Source: Microthyrium microscopicum
Lineage: Eukaryota
Reading direction: 5' to 3'
DNA: 64,000 nucleotides
NCBI GenBank assembly: GCA_010405405.1
Contig: MU004239.1
Location: 124,001 to 188,000, forward strand
Part shown: positions 11,433 to 23,912 of the stretch, piece after piece
How positions within the stretch are numbered: position 1 is the stretch's first letter
How the letters are laid out: each line of letters starts with the position of its first letter
The notes under the pieces: generated by a model
Told to the model about the DNA's origin: nothing
What the model saw: the letters and a program-made list of their open reading frames with translations, nothing else
Databases searched by the model: none
Translations under genes and position numbers: made by a program

Positions 11433-12608
11433 TCAAAGGGCTCTTACGCCAGTACCAATGCTCCCAGTCCGAAAGCATTCCACAAGTCCCGAGCCAATGC
11501 ATTCAGCCAATACATACTCGAATTTTAGCCCATTAAAGTCACGCCATTTCTTTGTTCTACCGGGCAACACCCCCCGCCTTTCGGGGACAGACAAAGAATC
11601 ATTTGCCACTACACCTCCATCCCAATACTCTTTCAACCTTGACAATGGCATGGATTTGTAAGGAAGCTTCAAGAGAAAGGTCAGTAAATGGTCCCGAGAC
11701 TCGGAGATGAGCTTTAAATATGGTCCCACGTTGGGCAAAGATACTGTATGGGGAAAGAGAAGAGACGAAGAACTAGGCTGTAAGCGGTTGGCAGCTCTAG
11801 TCCCTCCAACCGCGTATTGTACTGATGATTTCGCAACAGCACCGTCAGATCCAGCCGCATGTCGAGTTCCTGCAGTACCGACATAATTCAGCGAGCCCAG
11901 AGAAGATGGACCAACTCTTAAGAATGTCTCGGAGTTGGTAGGCATCATAGATTTTGCGGTTACAAAACCATTTTGAGCCAGAGTTTTAATTTCGTTCGGC
12001 AAGAGAGGATGTTCAGTTTCATCCCTCAAATGCTTGATGTATTTCTCCTTGAGATTTGGATCCAGATTGTCATAAGACTGAACAAGAGCTATCCAATCTT
12101 CGACCAAAACCAGTCCATCACCAAGAGCAGACGCGCCCAGGCCTCGACCTGGGATAGTAATCTTACGTACAATTCCTCGAGCTATCAACGAAGCAATCTC
12201 GCGCTCTGTAGAAGTTGGTGAGCCTCTGAGAGCATGAACATATGCCGTAGATACTATCCGAGGAAGAGTGAGACGAAAATTGAGGACTGTTGATATCTTG
12301 GTAGAGTTCATTCCAGCAGCCCGCTGAGGTACATCCGAAAACATATGAGTGGGGGCATATTTTAAGATGGCTTCAACGCTGTCCGAAACCAGACCAGGGG
12401 CGAGTTTTGTGCGTAAGACACTTATCTTTTCCAACCCAAGCTCGGCCGGTAATTCATCCACGGCGGAAATTTCTTTGTGACGACCAGTAGTAGTCCTTTG
12501 CGAGCCGGATGTGGACTTGTTGCGCTTTGAGGCAGCAAACGGAGAGGGTGTCTTGCGCGAACGAGACTTTGTAATCTTAGAGATGGTTCCTTTAGGCTGG
12601 AAAGACAT
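11433..12608 (-). CDS. STK19-like protein
   Basis: C-terminal WDGG..LPGRTKKW..FNGLKFEYVLAECIGSGLVECFRTGSIGTGVR and TEREIASLIARGIVRKI resemble fungal Stk19 family proteins. Confidence 0.75.
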   Translation of the reverse strand: MSFQPKGTISKITKSRSRKTPSPFAASKRNKSTSGSQRTTTGRHKEISAVDELPAELGLEKISVLRTKLAPGLVSDSVEAILKYAPTHMFSDVPQRAAGMNSTKISTVLNFRLTLPRIVSTAYVHALRGSPTSTEREIASLIARGIVRKITIPGRGLGASALGDGLVLVEDWIALVQSYDNLDPNLKEKYIKHLRDETEHPLLPNEIKTLAQNGFVTAKSMMPTNSETFLRVGPSSLGSLNYVGTAGTRHAAGSDGAVAKSSVQYAVGGTRAANRLQPSSSSLLFPHTVSLPNVGPYLKLISESRDHLLTFLLKLPYKSMPLSRLKEYWDGGVVANDSLSVPERRGVLPGRTKKWRDFNGLKFEYVLAECIGSGLVECFRTGSIGTGVRAL

Positions 12609-12916
12609 TTTCCTCTTCCCAATAGCAGAAGCTGCTGAACAATCTATCTAGGTAGGCATTTGGAAAAGGAGAGAGTGGTTGAGATCTTGCAGCGACAGTA
12701 GGATCAGGCAGGCTAAGCCAGATATATTCTAGCGCCATCGTGGTTTCTGAATTCAAATCCCTGCATCCACGCTGCAAGCTTAGACCAGGGTAACAACGTC
12801 ATATCATCATCAATCATCATCTCCACATGCCAATCCATCTCTTCCCTCTTTCTGTTCAAACTTTCCCTATCGCCTACCTCCTTCCTCCTCACCTACCTAA
12901 AAGTCTTCAATAGGCA

Positions 12917-14462
12917 ATGGCCGCTGGCGACGTTACAATGGCACCTGGACTTTCCTACGCTGACGCTGCTGTCAAGAACGGCGACCAACTTCCTCAGAAT
13001 GGTATTATCGATATCACCAACACATCACAAAGTGACAATGAAACGCACAATGGTTACAAAGCACCTATGCCTCCCACACCTGGTGAATACTCTGGCCAAG
13101 GATTAGACGATGCTCCTAAATCTCCATTAAAAGGCCATAAGAAAGTCTCCTCCAGAGGTTCCAGAGGTTCATTGAGATCACCGCCCAAGGAGATAAAGAA
13201 AAAGGAGAACGAAGATACTGTTGTATATGAGAAACTTCAAAATTGGAATGGGGGTGGCCATCTTACAAGCGTCAAACCTACAGCGGACTATGAGGACGCT
13301 CTCAGGCTTGACGAGGTAGAGAGAACACGCGCACCATCCGGCGAGCTTGTTCTTAAAAGCGGCAGAATTCCATCTGCAGGATGGGAACAAAGCGGGTATG
13401 TTGCGTTCTTCTCTTCTGTGCATCGAAACTGCACTAACATATCGTAGGATACGGTTCGCTCCTTTAAACGTTCCACTAAAGCGTCGGCTTCAAACCGCCG
13501 TAGTACTTGGCCACACTCTAAGTGCTTTTATTTTCCTCTCAAACTTCTTCTTTTTGGCAGCCATCCCACTCACTTGGCCTTTGTTATTCCCATATATCAT
13601 CTACATCCTTCTGTCCCAATCCTCGACCAACGGCAGGCTATCCGAACGATCAGAATGGTTTCGCAGACAAAAGTTCTGGTCCCTCTTCGCTTCATATTTC
13701 CCAGCCCGTTTACACAGGACCGAGGAATTACCTCCGACCAGAAAATATCTATTTGGTTATCATCCGCATGGGATCATATCACATGGCGCATTCACAGCTT
13801 TCGCCACTGAAGCCCTTGGATTCAACCAGCTATTCCCCGGCATCACCAACTCCTTATTGACTTTAGACTCAAACTTCCGCGTCCCATTTTATCGAGATTA
13901 TCTCCTACGGCTAGGTCTCTGTTCCGTGTCCAAAGAGTCCTGTACCAATATACTCACGAAGGGTGGTCCCAACAACGAAGGCATGGGCCGCGCCATCACG
14001 ATTGTTGTCGGCGGAGCCCGCGAATCCCTCGAAATGAAGCCTGGCACACTTCGCCTAGTTCTCAATTGCCGAAAAGGTTTCGTCAAGCTTGCGGTGGAGA
14101 CCGGCGCCGACTTGGTACCTGTTCTATCCTTTGGCGAAAACGACATTTACGACCAATTGGACCCATCAGAGCATCCAACTCTTCACAAATTCCAACTATT
14201 CTTCAAAAAAGTCTTTGGCTTCACAACGCCAGTTTTCCACGCACGAGGTGTCTTCAACTATGATGTGGGCATAATGCCTTACCGACGGCCAATGAACATT
14301 GTCGTTGGTCGGGCAATCAAGGTTGAACAACAGTCTACTCCAGATTTCGACTACGTGAACAAGATTCACGCGCAATATGTTAAAGAGCTGCAGCTCATTT
14401 GGGATACATGGAAAGATGACTTTGCCAGGGAGAGGACAGCAGAGTTGGAGATTGTAGAGTAA
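12917..14462 (+). CDS. DGA1: Diacylglycerol O-acyltransferase (DGAT2 family)
   Basis: YFP, GYHPHGII, IVVGGARE, RKGFVKLA and VPVLSFGEND motifs. Intron 13396-13447. Confidence 0.96.
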
Positions 14463-14749
14463 GGATTGAGAGTGTAGAGTGAGGACTGGAATGACTTGCA
14501 TTTATCCATGCGTGGCGTTGGGTTTTGGTTTTGGTTGTAAATGAAGTAACCTGTACAAATATATTTTTCTTGGAAATGATGATGACAACTCTAGACTATC
14601 AGTAACATTGTACACTTTGGTGATCAGCAGATCTTATAATGGTTGAAGAATCGGACCGAAGCTAATTGGCAAATTGATTTAGCGTTGAAAAGCCTCTATT
14701 GCCTTGTCTGGCATATGACCTCGAGAAGCAAAGTCGGAAAGACGAGGAG

Positions 14750-15310
14750 GTCGACAAAAGGGACAACAACACCGCACTTCGTTTTGGTCAAATTAGCGGG
14801 GCGACACACAAACAGACCGCTCCAGATAGCGGGAGTAGTCACTAAATTGCCAGAAAGTATTAGTGACAGACTCGCTCTTCCAGGCCAAGGTTAGCCGTTA
14901 GCAAAGGGGACAAATCCCGCTGCGGCTCGCTAAAGTGCCTAAATTCCTTACCTATCGATCGATGTCCTGCGCAGCCGCTAAGTTTAGCGAGAAGCATTTA
15001 CGACTCGCGAGCTGAGCCACTAACAGAAGGTACATCGGGACAAAAGGGACAACATGCTCGTCTGTGTACTCCTCACTAGATCTTAGTGGGACAGGTCGCT
15101 AAACAAAAGGCCCTCTTCGAGGTCCCCCATCAAATACCGGCTGAAGTGTCGCTATAAAATCTCCCTTTCTGCCTAAATTCCAACCTCACAAATTTCCGGC
15201 AAAGGGGACACAGAAGCGTCTCCGCAACTTCCCCACTACATTAGCGAGCACTTGCACCAAGTCCCAACAACACAACGTAATTTGTTCCCACTAATTAGTG
15301 GCACATGTAT
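14750..15310. repeat. Non-coding island of degenerate GTC(G/A/C)CTAA / GGGACA motifs; possible decayed non-autonomous DNA transposon
   Basis: Many CGCTA/TAGCG, CACTA/TAGTG and GGGACA/GTCCC words in both orientations, with palindrome CCACTAATTAGTGG at 15288-15301. No TIR or TSD identified. Confidence 0.45.
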
Positions 15311-15719
15311 CAAGCCCTGCTACCTGTGGGCACGAAAAACAGCATGAATTCGCTGGCAAAGTTCATCACCTAGATCATAAATGACACCGCCCCAGAATGG
15401 AAGAGTGGTCAAAAAGCATCATATTTCGATTCCTTCGATATTGTAATCAAATAATATGGGTCTTAAATGTCGTTGATGAGTATATACTAGAGTATAAGAC
15501 TGAGAACCAAGTCAAAATTCATACATAGTATTTCCACAGATCCATGAAACTACAAAATTTAGTGAAAATCGTTCGATGCCATGTAGCATCAAGCTCATGA
15601 GCACGCGTGGGTATCCCTTTTAAATGCAAAAAAAACAAAATTGACCGATGGAAAGCCATCATTATGGTGCTGGAACAAACATCGGCACCGCCGACGAACC
15701 AGGTAGTGAGGTCAGTCAC

Positions 15720-17857
15720 TCATTCCTCATCAGCAGCTCTTTCATAGTCCTTCATCAAATCCTTATCTGGAATGAGCTCCTGCGACCCTTTACCTGGCGG
15801 GTACGGATAGCCATCTTGTTTCGCCAATTCCGCCTGCGCCGCGATATTTTTCGGATCATGCTGCCACGCCTTGAAATTCTCCTGGCCTTCGCCAACATCA
15901 TCTTCCGGCTCTCCAGCAGATACCACATACCCGCTGCGGCTTCGTCCGCCCTGCGTCTCCTTGGTAGGTGTTTTCCAGAACTTGCCATCACAGTACTGCA
16001 CCGCCCCATCGAGCGCCTTATTCTTAATCGCCGTATGGAAGAAGCCCGCGAGCTGACGGTCCGTTTCCGAGCCACAGTACGGCGCGCGCTGAGTGAGAGA
16101 TAGGCCAGACGAGAGCAGGCGGTTGCCAGCGAGACGCGGATATTCAATGTGGAAGACTGGTTTTTTGAAGGTGCGGTATTGTTCGCACTCACGCTTGTCG
16201 GCGCATTGTTCGTTGACGGCAAAGTGTACGTATGGTCCGAGGGAGGAAATGAGATCCATGCCGTTTTTGAGACCGGTGGCCATGTTGTATTTAGCGGCGG
16301 ATTCAGAGATGAAGCGCATGAAGCTGACGGCGTCCGAACGGCGGAGGTTTAGACCGCCGGCGCCACGGGCTTGGTAGCCATCTGGAGAGCTCGTTAGTAG
16401 AGGGTATGGGAACATGGAAGGGGTGGGCTCTTACCGATGTTGTCCGGATCGATGGCATCGCAGCCTTTGTCATGGGCGAGCTTGATGCGATCGGCAATGA
16501 GACGTCTAATGTTAGCGCTTCCGAGACGGATCCATTTCTCACTTGGCCATTCAAGAAGTCTGTTACCAAGATCAATGGAAGGGAAAAGAAATGAGTCTGG
16601 CCGGCCTGGTTCGTAGGTGCCACCGCTAAAGTAGCAGATGACGGTTTTGTTGAGCGATTTGAGAGTTTGGATGGTATTCTTATCGATCATAAAGAGATCA
16701 ACGTCGTAGACATCTACGTCGGGAGTGACTGACTTGGCGTTGGCTTTTAAATCCGGAACACCACTAAGAATTATTTGAAAAGAGTTGGTGCGAGCCTTAT
16801 CCCAGCCTGATACGCCGCTGAATGGAGTTGGTGTGGCCGATGGTCGGGCAGTTGTCCATGATGAGCCAGATTGCTGGGGTACTTTTGGTAGATTAGGTTG
16901 CGACTTTGTTGTCGATGTGGTGGGAGTGAAAGTAGTAGATGAGCTGGACGCAGAGCTCGTGTGCGACTTTGAAGTGGATGGTAAGTTAGACGATGCATGA
17001 GACGAGGAAGATGAAGATGATGAAGAGTATGTCTTCGTCGAGGTAGGCGCAGGGGCCAGATGTAAAGTTGAACTCGACGTAGAGAACCCGGATCCAGAAC
17101 CAGTCAAATGTAATGTCGGCTTGGAAGTAGATGATGTAGTCGATAATGTGCTCCCCGTTGAAGTTGATTTGGTGGTCACCGTAGAAATAGTGCTCGATTG
17201 CGAAATTAAAGTTGTATTAGAAGAAGCCATGGATTTAGAACTGGTCATTGTCGAGTGCAGACTCGCCGTGCTGCTAGATGATGAATGTGGACTTGAACTT
17301 GAAGAAGAGCTGGGCAGTGACGCCTGCGAGCTGGATGTCATAGTCGAAACCGTCCAGACAGAAGATGTGGTCCTCGTTATAGTGACTAGAGAGGTAATCG
17401 TCGACCTGACCGTGACCGTCTCCGCCGTTGTGCTTGCCGCCACTGAGCTAGCCTCACTGCTCGCTGGCGCTGGTGCAGGCGTCATTGTTGCCACGCACTG
17501 TCGAATGATGAAATCTGTAATGATACTGCCCATGAATTGCGTCGTTTGCGCTTCAGTGTCAACTCCCGTGAGCTTGGGAATGTTGAGCTCTCTTCGATGG
17601 GACTGTTCTGCATAGAAAGCACTAAGACTCCATCCAGGCGAACTCGACGTATGCGTACATCCAGGTGGTAGAGGCTTGGGTGTGAACATCCTTGACGCTG
17701 TACTCGTGCTTCTTGGGGTAGGCTGCCAAGGCTGCTTTGGTAGGCCAAACAAACCACCCAGTCCTGGGAATAACTGTCGCTTGTCGATAGAGGGCGCTGG
17801 GCCTGCAGCGATGGCATCGCATGCGAGCAGCGACACAGAAAGGACTGTGAGCCTCAT
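15720..17857 (-). CDS. Secreted GH114 (endo-alpha-1,4-polygalactosaminidase-like) with long Ser/Thr linker
   Basis: Signal peptide and S/T stalk, then YDVDLF, VICYFSGG, GCDAIDPDNIDGY (formed across intron 16382-16434), GLKN, AVNEQC and KPVFHIEY. Confidence 0.9.
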
Positions 17858-19866
17858 GATGGGCGAAGTGGAGGTGGTGAACAAAAGCTGAAAAGGAGCG
17901 TGGCTAAGGTTGAGCGAGACAAAAGTGACCCCGGCGAGGCCATTGAGCTATATAGCACTACATACCAGGGCCCTATAGGGGAGGCGAAATATGGGATTCG
18001 AATATGAGTTTTCTGGTCACATATCTGGTGAACTTGGAGATCCAGGCTAGAAGAGATGCTTTAGAGAAAATGCGACCCCTGAAAGAACCGATATAGATGA
18101 ACTAGGCCTGTGATGGACCATTGAGGGTTCCGTGCGTGGCATGGTTTGTCCCGGGTGATGTGCAGAGCGACAATTAAGAGTTCCTCATAACAAGCTAGCT
18201 CAGCGAAGAACGCCTTTTTGAAGACAATGCCGACGATCCGTGGAAACCACAATACAGGGAGTCTGAATTGTATAATATAGATATCCCTGTAACAACTGAA
18301 GTCTGGAGTTGCACCTTGCAGTGCGTCGTGTGTTTACAGGTCATGACCTAAGTCTTTGCAGTTAGTATGAATCCATAATGCGGAGAATGCTAGCTGGTCA
18401 AGTGAGATGGAGGATACTAATATGTTACATGGCTTTCGAGTGGAAAAGAGGCGCTAGAAATTAAGTTTCCGACTTGCCGCTGTCTAATAGAACGGACAAC
18501 TCATGGACTCCCAGTTTCATGACAGCTGGTAAGGAATCGATTCTGTAGGCTTACTAATGAACGTGAATAGTCTCTTTCAGTACTTTAAGGTTCCGCAGTA
18601 AGTAGAGTGCAAGTGACAATGCAGTGTATCTTGGTAGAGTGCCTTGCCACGATATAGCCACGGGCAGCTCTTGATCTGAGACCAAATTTCCCACCTCTGC
18701 ACTGGGTGATCCTGAGTGTCGAGGGAACCTAGACAAGTTCCGTGGAAGAGGCAATACATCGAATGGAGAGAGAAATAGCTTGAGTGTAAGCCTAATTCAA
18801 GGGGAAAGGTGTTGGTTAGTACCTGCCATGTGGCTCTAGCCCTATGCTTTGCGGTGAGGGTGATTGGACTCGGAAACTGTGACCTAAGAGTATAGCGCTA
18901 TCTTGATATTAACAATATCCAGTAGACGCTAGCAACCATGCATTCGGAGTTGTGCGCAATTCAATCCATCAGCTAAGATGGCGTACGATATGTGGTCAGT
19001 ATGCGAGAGTCGGCCTGTTGTGTGGCAAGTACAAGATGAATTGTTGAATTTTGAATACGTCCAGATCTGAAAGAGATCTCGTGGTATGGCGTATTTGTAG
19101 AGCAGGGACGATTAGGTAATAGCATATCAGTACGAGAGATTCATAAAACCAGGAAATGAGAGGTTGAATCAATCGGACCGTTTTCAGAGCAGGGTGAGGA
19201 GAACGACTGTGCCCCATGTAGCATATAGTCCTGGTCCATATCAAATTATCTGGTTCATTCCCCACCGAACGCGTGGAGGAATTGCAAAACTGTCGAATAG
19301 GGTATATTGTTAGTGACTGATACGAAACGTACAAAAAGATAGACATACCTGGAGCAGTACTAGACCGAAGGACGAACTAAATGTCAGCTTGTTTTCACCT
19401 GGTACAAAGGTATCCATGATTCCAAGTTTACTCCCCCTCTTACCTTTCCTTTACAACATACGGAATGAACGGCCACCGAAGACACAACAGCATCATAACG
19501 ATAACTTCTCTTGATTGCAACCTATCCTAAGCCTAAGTACGCCAGCACCCAGGGATTCATAAAAGCAAAGACACTCGAAAGTCCAAGGATGCGATCAAAA
19601 GTCTACGAGAACTCAAGTCGTTATAATCCTACCATTTGAGGTCAGCCCAGCCAAAAGGAAAACAAAAACGCGGTTGATCCTATCTCGAACCTTCTCGTTC
19701 TGCCCGTCCCAGTCCCGATAACATGCCCTCAAAGAAAATCTGTATATCCAGATCTTGCCGCGTTGGATGGTTCCGTAATGACAAATCGAGTCGCTATCAA
19801 TAGCGTGGATAACGTTCAGCCTATTTGCGACGCGTTTCTCTTGATTCCAGCAGCTGAATTAGCTTC

Positions 19867-21219
19867 CTAAGCTTTGTGCAAGGGATCGACGGTTCCGGCA
19901 GTATTGTAGTCATTTCTTCTCATGATGCCTTCGAGATTGCCAAGGAGTCTGGTAAAGCCGTCCTTGCCTAGTTTTGCGACCTTGACGTCCGTTTTCGCAA
20001 TAACGCTGGCGGCACGCGGAGCATCATTAAGCAGTGCGAGCTCGCCAAAATAATCGCCTTTAGTGTATGTTTTGAGGCAGGTAGGATCACCTTCCTTGTA
20101 TACTTCAGCGGTACCAGCTTCTAGAATAAAAAAGTCCTCGCCCTTTTCGCCTTGTGAGATGACGGAGCTTCCAGCTGGGTACTTGATTGTCTCGAGTGCG
20201 TCGGCGATTTTGGATCGCTCGTAAGACTCGAGGGATTCGAGAAGAGGAACTTCGGCCAGAAAGCCTTCGTACATCCGGCGTCGGGCAAAGGCGGCATCCA
20301 TGAGAATTCGTCGGAAGGTGACTCTATCCAAGGCCCAGAGTGTTGATGGCTGCGTGCTGACTACGGTTGCGGCGCGTGGAGCATTGTACATCAAGGCCAA
20401 TTCACCAAAAGAGCCACCGGTTCCAACGTTGGCAACTTTGTTGCCCATGCCATCGGGACCAGGTTCCAATTGACCAGATGGATTGACATAGATGTCGAAA
20501 TCACCACTTTCAACAACGTAAAAGTAGTCGCCCACGTCGCCTTGTGTAATGACTCGCATGCCAGGCTTGGGGATGGGCTTTTCTTGCAAGGCTCCCAATA
20601 CCTGGGTAGCTTGTTCTTCGGCGAGATGAGCAAATAAGAAGTTTGTAGAAACAGCCTTGCGTAGACGATCTATCTGTTCAGGAGCTTTCGGGTGGTTTGG
20701 CGGGGTCCAGTTGTCGTTGTTGGCCGAAGTGGGGGTAAGAGATTCGGCAGAGACACTGGTTCGACGATTGAGGTTGTAGTTGTTGGGTAGAGGAGTGGGG
20801 TCATCGCTGGCAACGTTTTTGGCATGACCTGTTGGGTCAAAGCCGGCAAAGCCACCAAATGGAGAGCTGCTAGACATGGTTGGGAGGGCTCGAGCGTTGG
20901 ATGGAAAGGAGGCGGAAGTTGGAGATGCGATATGCTCGTCTTCTTCGGCAACGCTGTGTATGCCACCGGAGCTCATGCCGGAAGATGAGGAATGCGGTGG
21001 TTGCTGAGCAAGGTGGGCAGAGCGTTCGGAAGCAAGACGATCGTTGAAGAAGTTTGCGCAGAACTGCAAGGGGTCTTGGTGTTTGTCTGCGAGGGCAAAG
21101 CGACTACGGAGGGCGCTAAGGAGGGGATCGAGGGTAGTAGCTGAGGAGTTGGAGTTGAGTGTTGATGGTAGTGGTTGAGAGTAAGAAGAGGCAAAGGAAG
21201 GAGGTGGAGGAGCAGCCAT
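19867..21219 (-). CDS. BCY1: cAMP-dependent protein kinase regulatory subunit
   Basis: D/D-like LQFCANFF, inhibitor site RRTSVSAE, and two cNMP cassettes FGELALMYNAPRAAT and FGELALLNDAPRAAS. Confidence 0.97.
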   Translation of the reverse strand: MAAPPPPSFASSYSQPLPSTLNSNSSATTLDPLLSALRSRFALADKHQDPLQFCANFFNDRLASERSAHLAQQPPHSSSSGMSSGGIHSVAEEDEHIASPTSASFPSNARALPTMSSSSPFGGFAGFDPTGHAKNVASDDPTPLPNNYNLNRRTSVSAESLTPTSANNDNWTPPNHPKAPEQIDRLRKAVSTNFLFAHLAEEQATQVLGALQEKPIPKPGMRVITQGDVGDYFYVVESGDFDIYVNPSGQLEPGPDGMGNKVANVGTGGSFGELALMYNAPRAATVVSTQPSTLWALDRVTFRRILMDAAFARRRMYEGFLAEVPLLESLESYERSKIADALETIKYPAGSSVISQGEKGEDFFILEAGTAEVYKEGDPTCLKTYTKGDYFGELALLNDAPRAASVIAKTDVKVAKLGKDGFTRLLGNLEGIMRRNDYNTAGTVDPLHKA

Positions 21220-22419
21220 TGACTCGGCGGGGAAGTTGATTTGACAGAATGGGGTAGTTAAGGGTTTGGGAAGGGTAATACAGGCTTGACAGGTAGTAGA
21301 GTTGTTAGGTCGGACACACAGACACGGACAGAGAAGGGTTGAACCCAGTCGTCGAAGCCCAGCGGAAGCACAAGCAGTCAAGCACTTGGAAGCAGCACAA
21401 GCACAAGCAGCTTGACGCAGCACCAACAAGCAGCCAGCAAGGAAGGCAAGCTGCGTGCTGCTAGATCAAGATCAAATGCGTTGATCGTTGGGGTTTTGGG
21501 GGTGTCGATGAAGGAGGGGTAGTTCCTTAGACCTTGCTGAACTCCTTGCACACTTCTTGATGCTGCAAAGCTTGACGGGAAAAATGGTTGAAGTATATTT
21601 TTGCAATTGGTTTGAAGGCGTAGAGGCAATAACGGCTCGGTAAATGATTTATCGCAGTGCAGTATCAAATGGCGTCGGGAGATGTGAACGGGTGACAAGA
21701 CCAGGCAATTGCAAGGTGAGGCGGTAGGTGCAGCTTGGGATGTAGCTAGAATTGTAGGATACAGGGGATCAAGGAGTCAGATGGAGAACCAAGTTGAAGT
21801 GACAATGAACGAAAAGGGCATTGGATATATAAATGGCAAAGAGTAAAATACAAGATGTATTTGGTAATGTATGTCTTTGATAGGAGGTGCAGAGCCAGAG
21901 CTGGAGGATGTCTGAAGTGGTGATGGTGTATGGTGGTGCGAATGTGAATCAAAAACATGGACCGACTGACATCAAGACAACATTGAACAATGAGATGTGA
22001 GCAAGACCAACAACTGCGCAGCTTCCAGAATGACACCCCAGACTCTGTTCTTAACCAGCAGATACATCATCATATTCCTTCCTTTGAAAGTCTGGGACAC
22101 AGAAAAGGGGTCAAGTGCAAAGCTGAAAACCATTTCAAGACAGGCCAGGCGCTGCCAACTTGCATGTTTGCCTTGTTCTCTCCCCTCTCACTCCACACTC
22201 AATCAGATGAGCATCAACGCATGTTTCCTTTCCTTTTCCAAGACGTTTACAACTGCCGCTCTTCACCTGCAGCTTGCCTGGAGATAGATATGATTGTAAG
22301 TTGCCGTCGACGGAATCAAGCAGTGCAACATCAATGCTTGATCAGCTAGAAACGAACCATGCAGTTCCTGTTCCTGGGGGCAATGACCTTTGCGCAACAG
22401 AAGACAGTTGACGGCACCC

Positions 22420-22454
22420 CCCTTCTCGAAGACGTCTAGACGTTTCGAGAAGGG
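22420..22454. promoter_or_regulatory. 35-nt near-perfect palindrome with HSE-like TTCnnGAA units
   Basis: CCCTTCTCGAA-g-ACGTCT|AGACGT-TTCGAGAAGGG in the divergent region between the PKA regulatory subunit and SPF27 genes. Function is inferred. Confidence 0.4.
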
Positions 22455-23197
22455 AAGGCTGGAAGGTTGGCCCTGTGCACAGTGTGACGACACGGCACAG
22501 CTCCTTCGCACTCTACAATCCACAATCCAGACACCAACCAAGAGTGTGAACGTTCCGTACTGTTCCATATCATGTTTGTCTCTGGGGATCAATAACGATA
22601 TCGCCTTCCTACATCAATCAAATTCTTAACATTGAGCGTCGAACAGGTTACTAAGAATGCTTAGAGACTCCCTTTTTGACAGCAAAGTGTTGGGAGCGCG
22701 GGGTAGCAGATATCCTGGCCCAAGCTCCTCCAATAAACGTAGGATCTTTTGGAGCGAATAAACTAGAACACCAGTATATGGAACATTTGTTGAAGAGAGG
22801 TTGACCACAGCGCTGCATAAAATTAGCCTGGTTGCAATTTTAGGTGCAGTAGAGCGACTGCTTGAAACCACAGATGTAAGTTGCTGTTGTGGTTGTGACA
22901 GTGCAGTCGAACAATTGCTATCGATGTTCGAAGTAGTTACGATCTTATCGTGATCTTATCTAATTTGACCCTTTGATTGGATGGATTTAGGTCTAAACTG
23001 CTTTCACTCATAGATAACTTTACTCATCTCTGAGCTAGCTTTATATCACCTAGCGTTGTACTATAAATTCTCCCTCTACTGTGTATCAAAAAAGAATTGC
23101 CTGTTATTTATCCCAAATTTCTGGCATTCGTTCCAATCCAAAGCACCAAACCGCGAGCCGAAATCCAAACCTACAAATTCATCTCCAATCAAAGAAT

Positions 23198-23912
23198 ATG
23201 GCAGTTCCACTTGAATCATCTGATTACATTCCACGTAAGAATCCATACAAATCACTTGCATTCTCAAGATACTGATACGCATCCTCTAGAAATCGACCTC
23301 CCCCCATCCGAAGCAATGCGCGCGTCCCTACTCTCCCAAGTCGAAGCTGAACGGCCATCAAATTTCGCTACAACATTACATCCGCTCGTCGATACATCAT
23401 ATACCCCTACATTTTCACCTCTTATAGACGCCGAACACAAAAGCCTCCAGTCAGACACCCCAAAAGAACGAGGAATCGATCTATCGCGCTACGAATCCGA
23501 TGCCTTAGAACCACCCAACCAAACATTCCCCACCTCCGACGAAGAGCGCCCCGAATTCCTGAATGAATGGCGCGAGACTCTGCGTCGTGCATATGCCTCT
23601 AGCACATATCTGTCCGGACGCAACACCAACCTCGCGCTTCTCGAAACTTACGGCAAGAACAGTTGGCTAGTGAGCAATTGGCAGCTGGAAGCTGAGCTCA
23701 AAGCGCTCGACACGGAGTTGGCGGACACGAAACGCCAGGCGGAAGAGCTGACGGAGGAGAGGCGCGCGAAGCAGGAGGCTGCGGGCGCGGAGATGGCGGT
23801 TTTGGAGGAGAGTTGGAAACGGGCGGTTGGGGGCGTGGTTGAGGTGCAGGTTGCTACGGAGGTGCTGAGAGGTGAGGTTCTGGAGAAGCGCAGTGAGATT
23901 GCTGAGCAATGA
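23198..23912 (+). CDS. SPF27: Pre-mRNA splicing factor SPF27/BCAS2 (Cwf7)
   Basis: GIDLSRYE, NLALLETYGKNSWLVSNWQLE and coiled-coil C-terminus. Intron 23235-23289 gives MAVPLESSDYIPQID. Confidence 0.9.

Noticed and set aside
17900..19860. 2-kb intergenic region as a hidden gene or ncRNA
   Set aside because: Only short ORFs without motifs; no recognisable RNA structure by eye.
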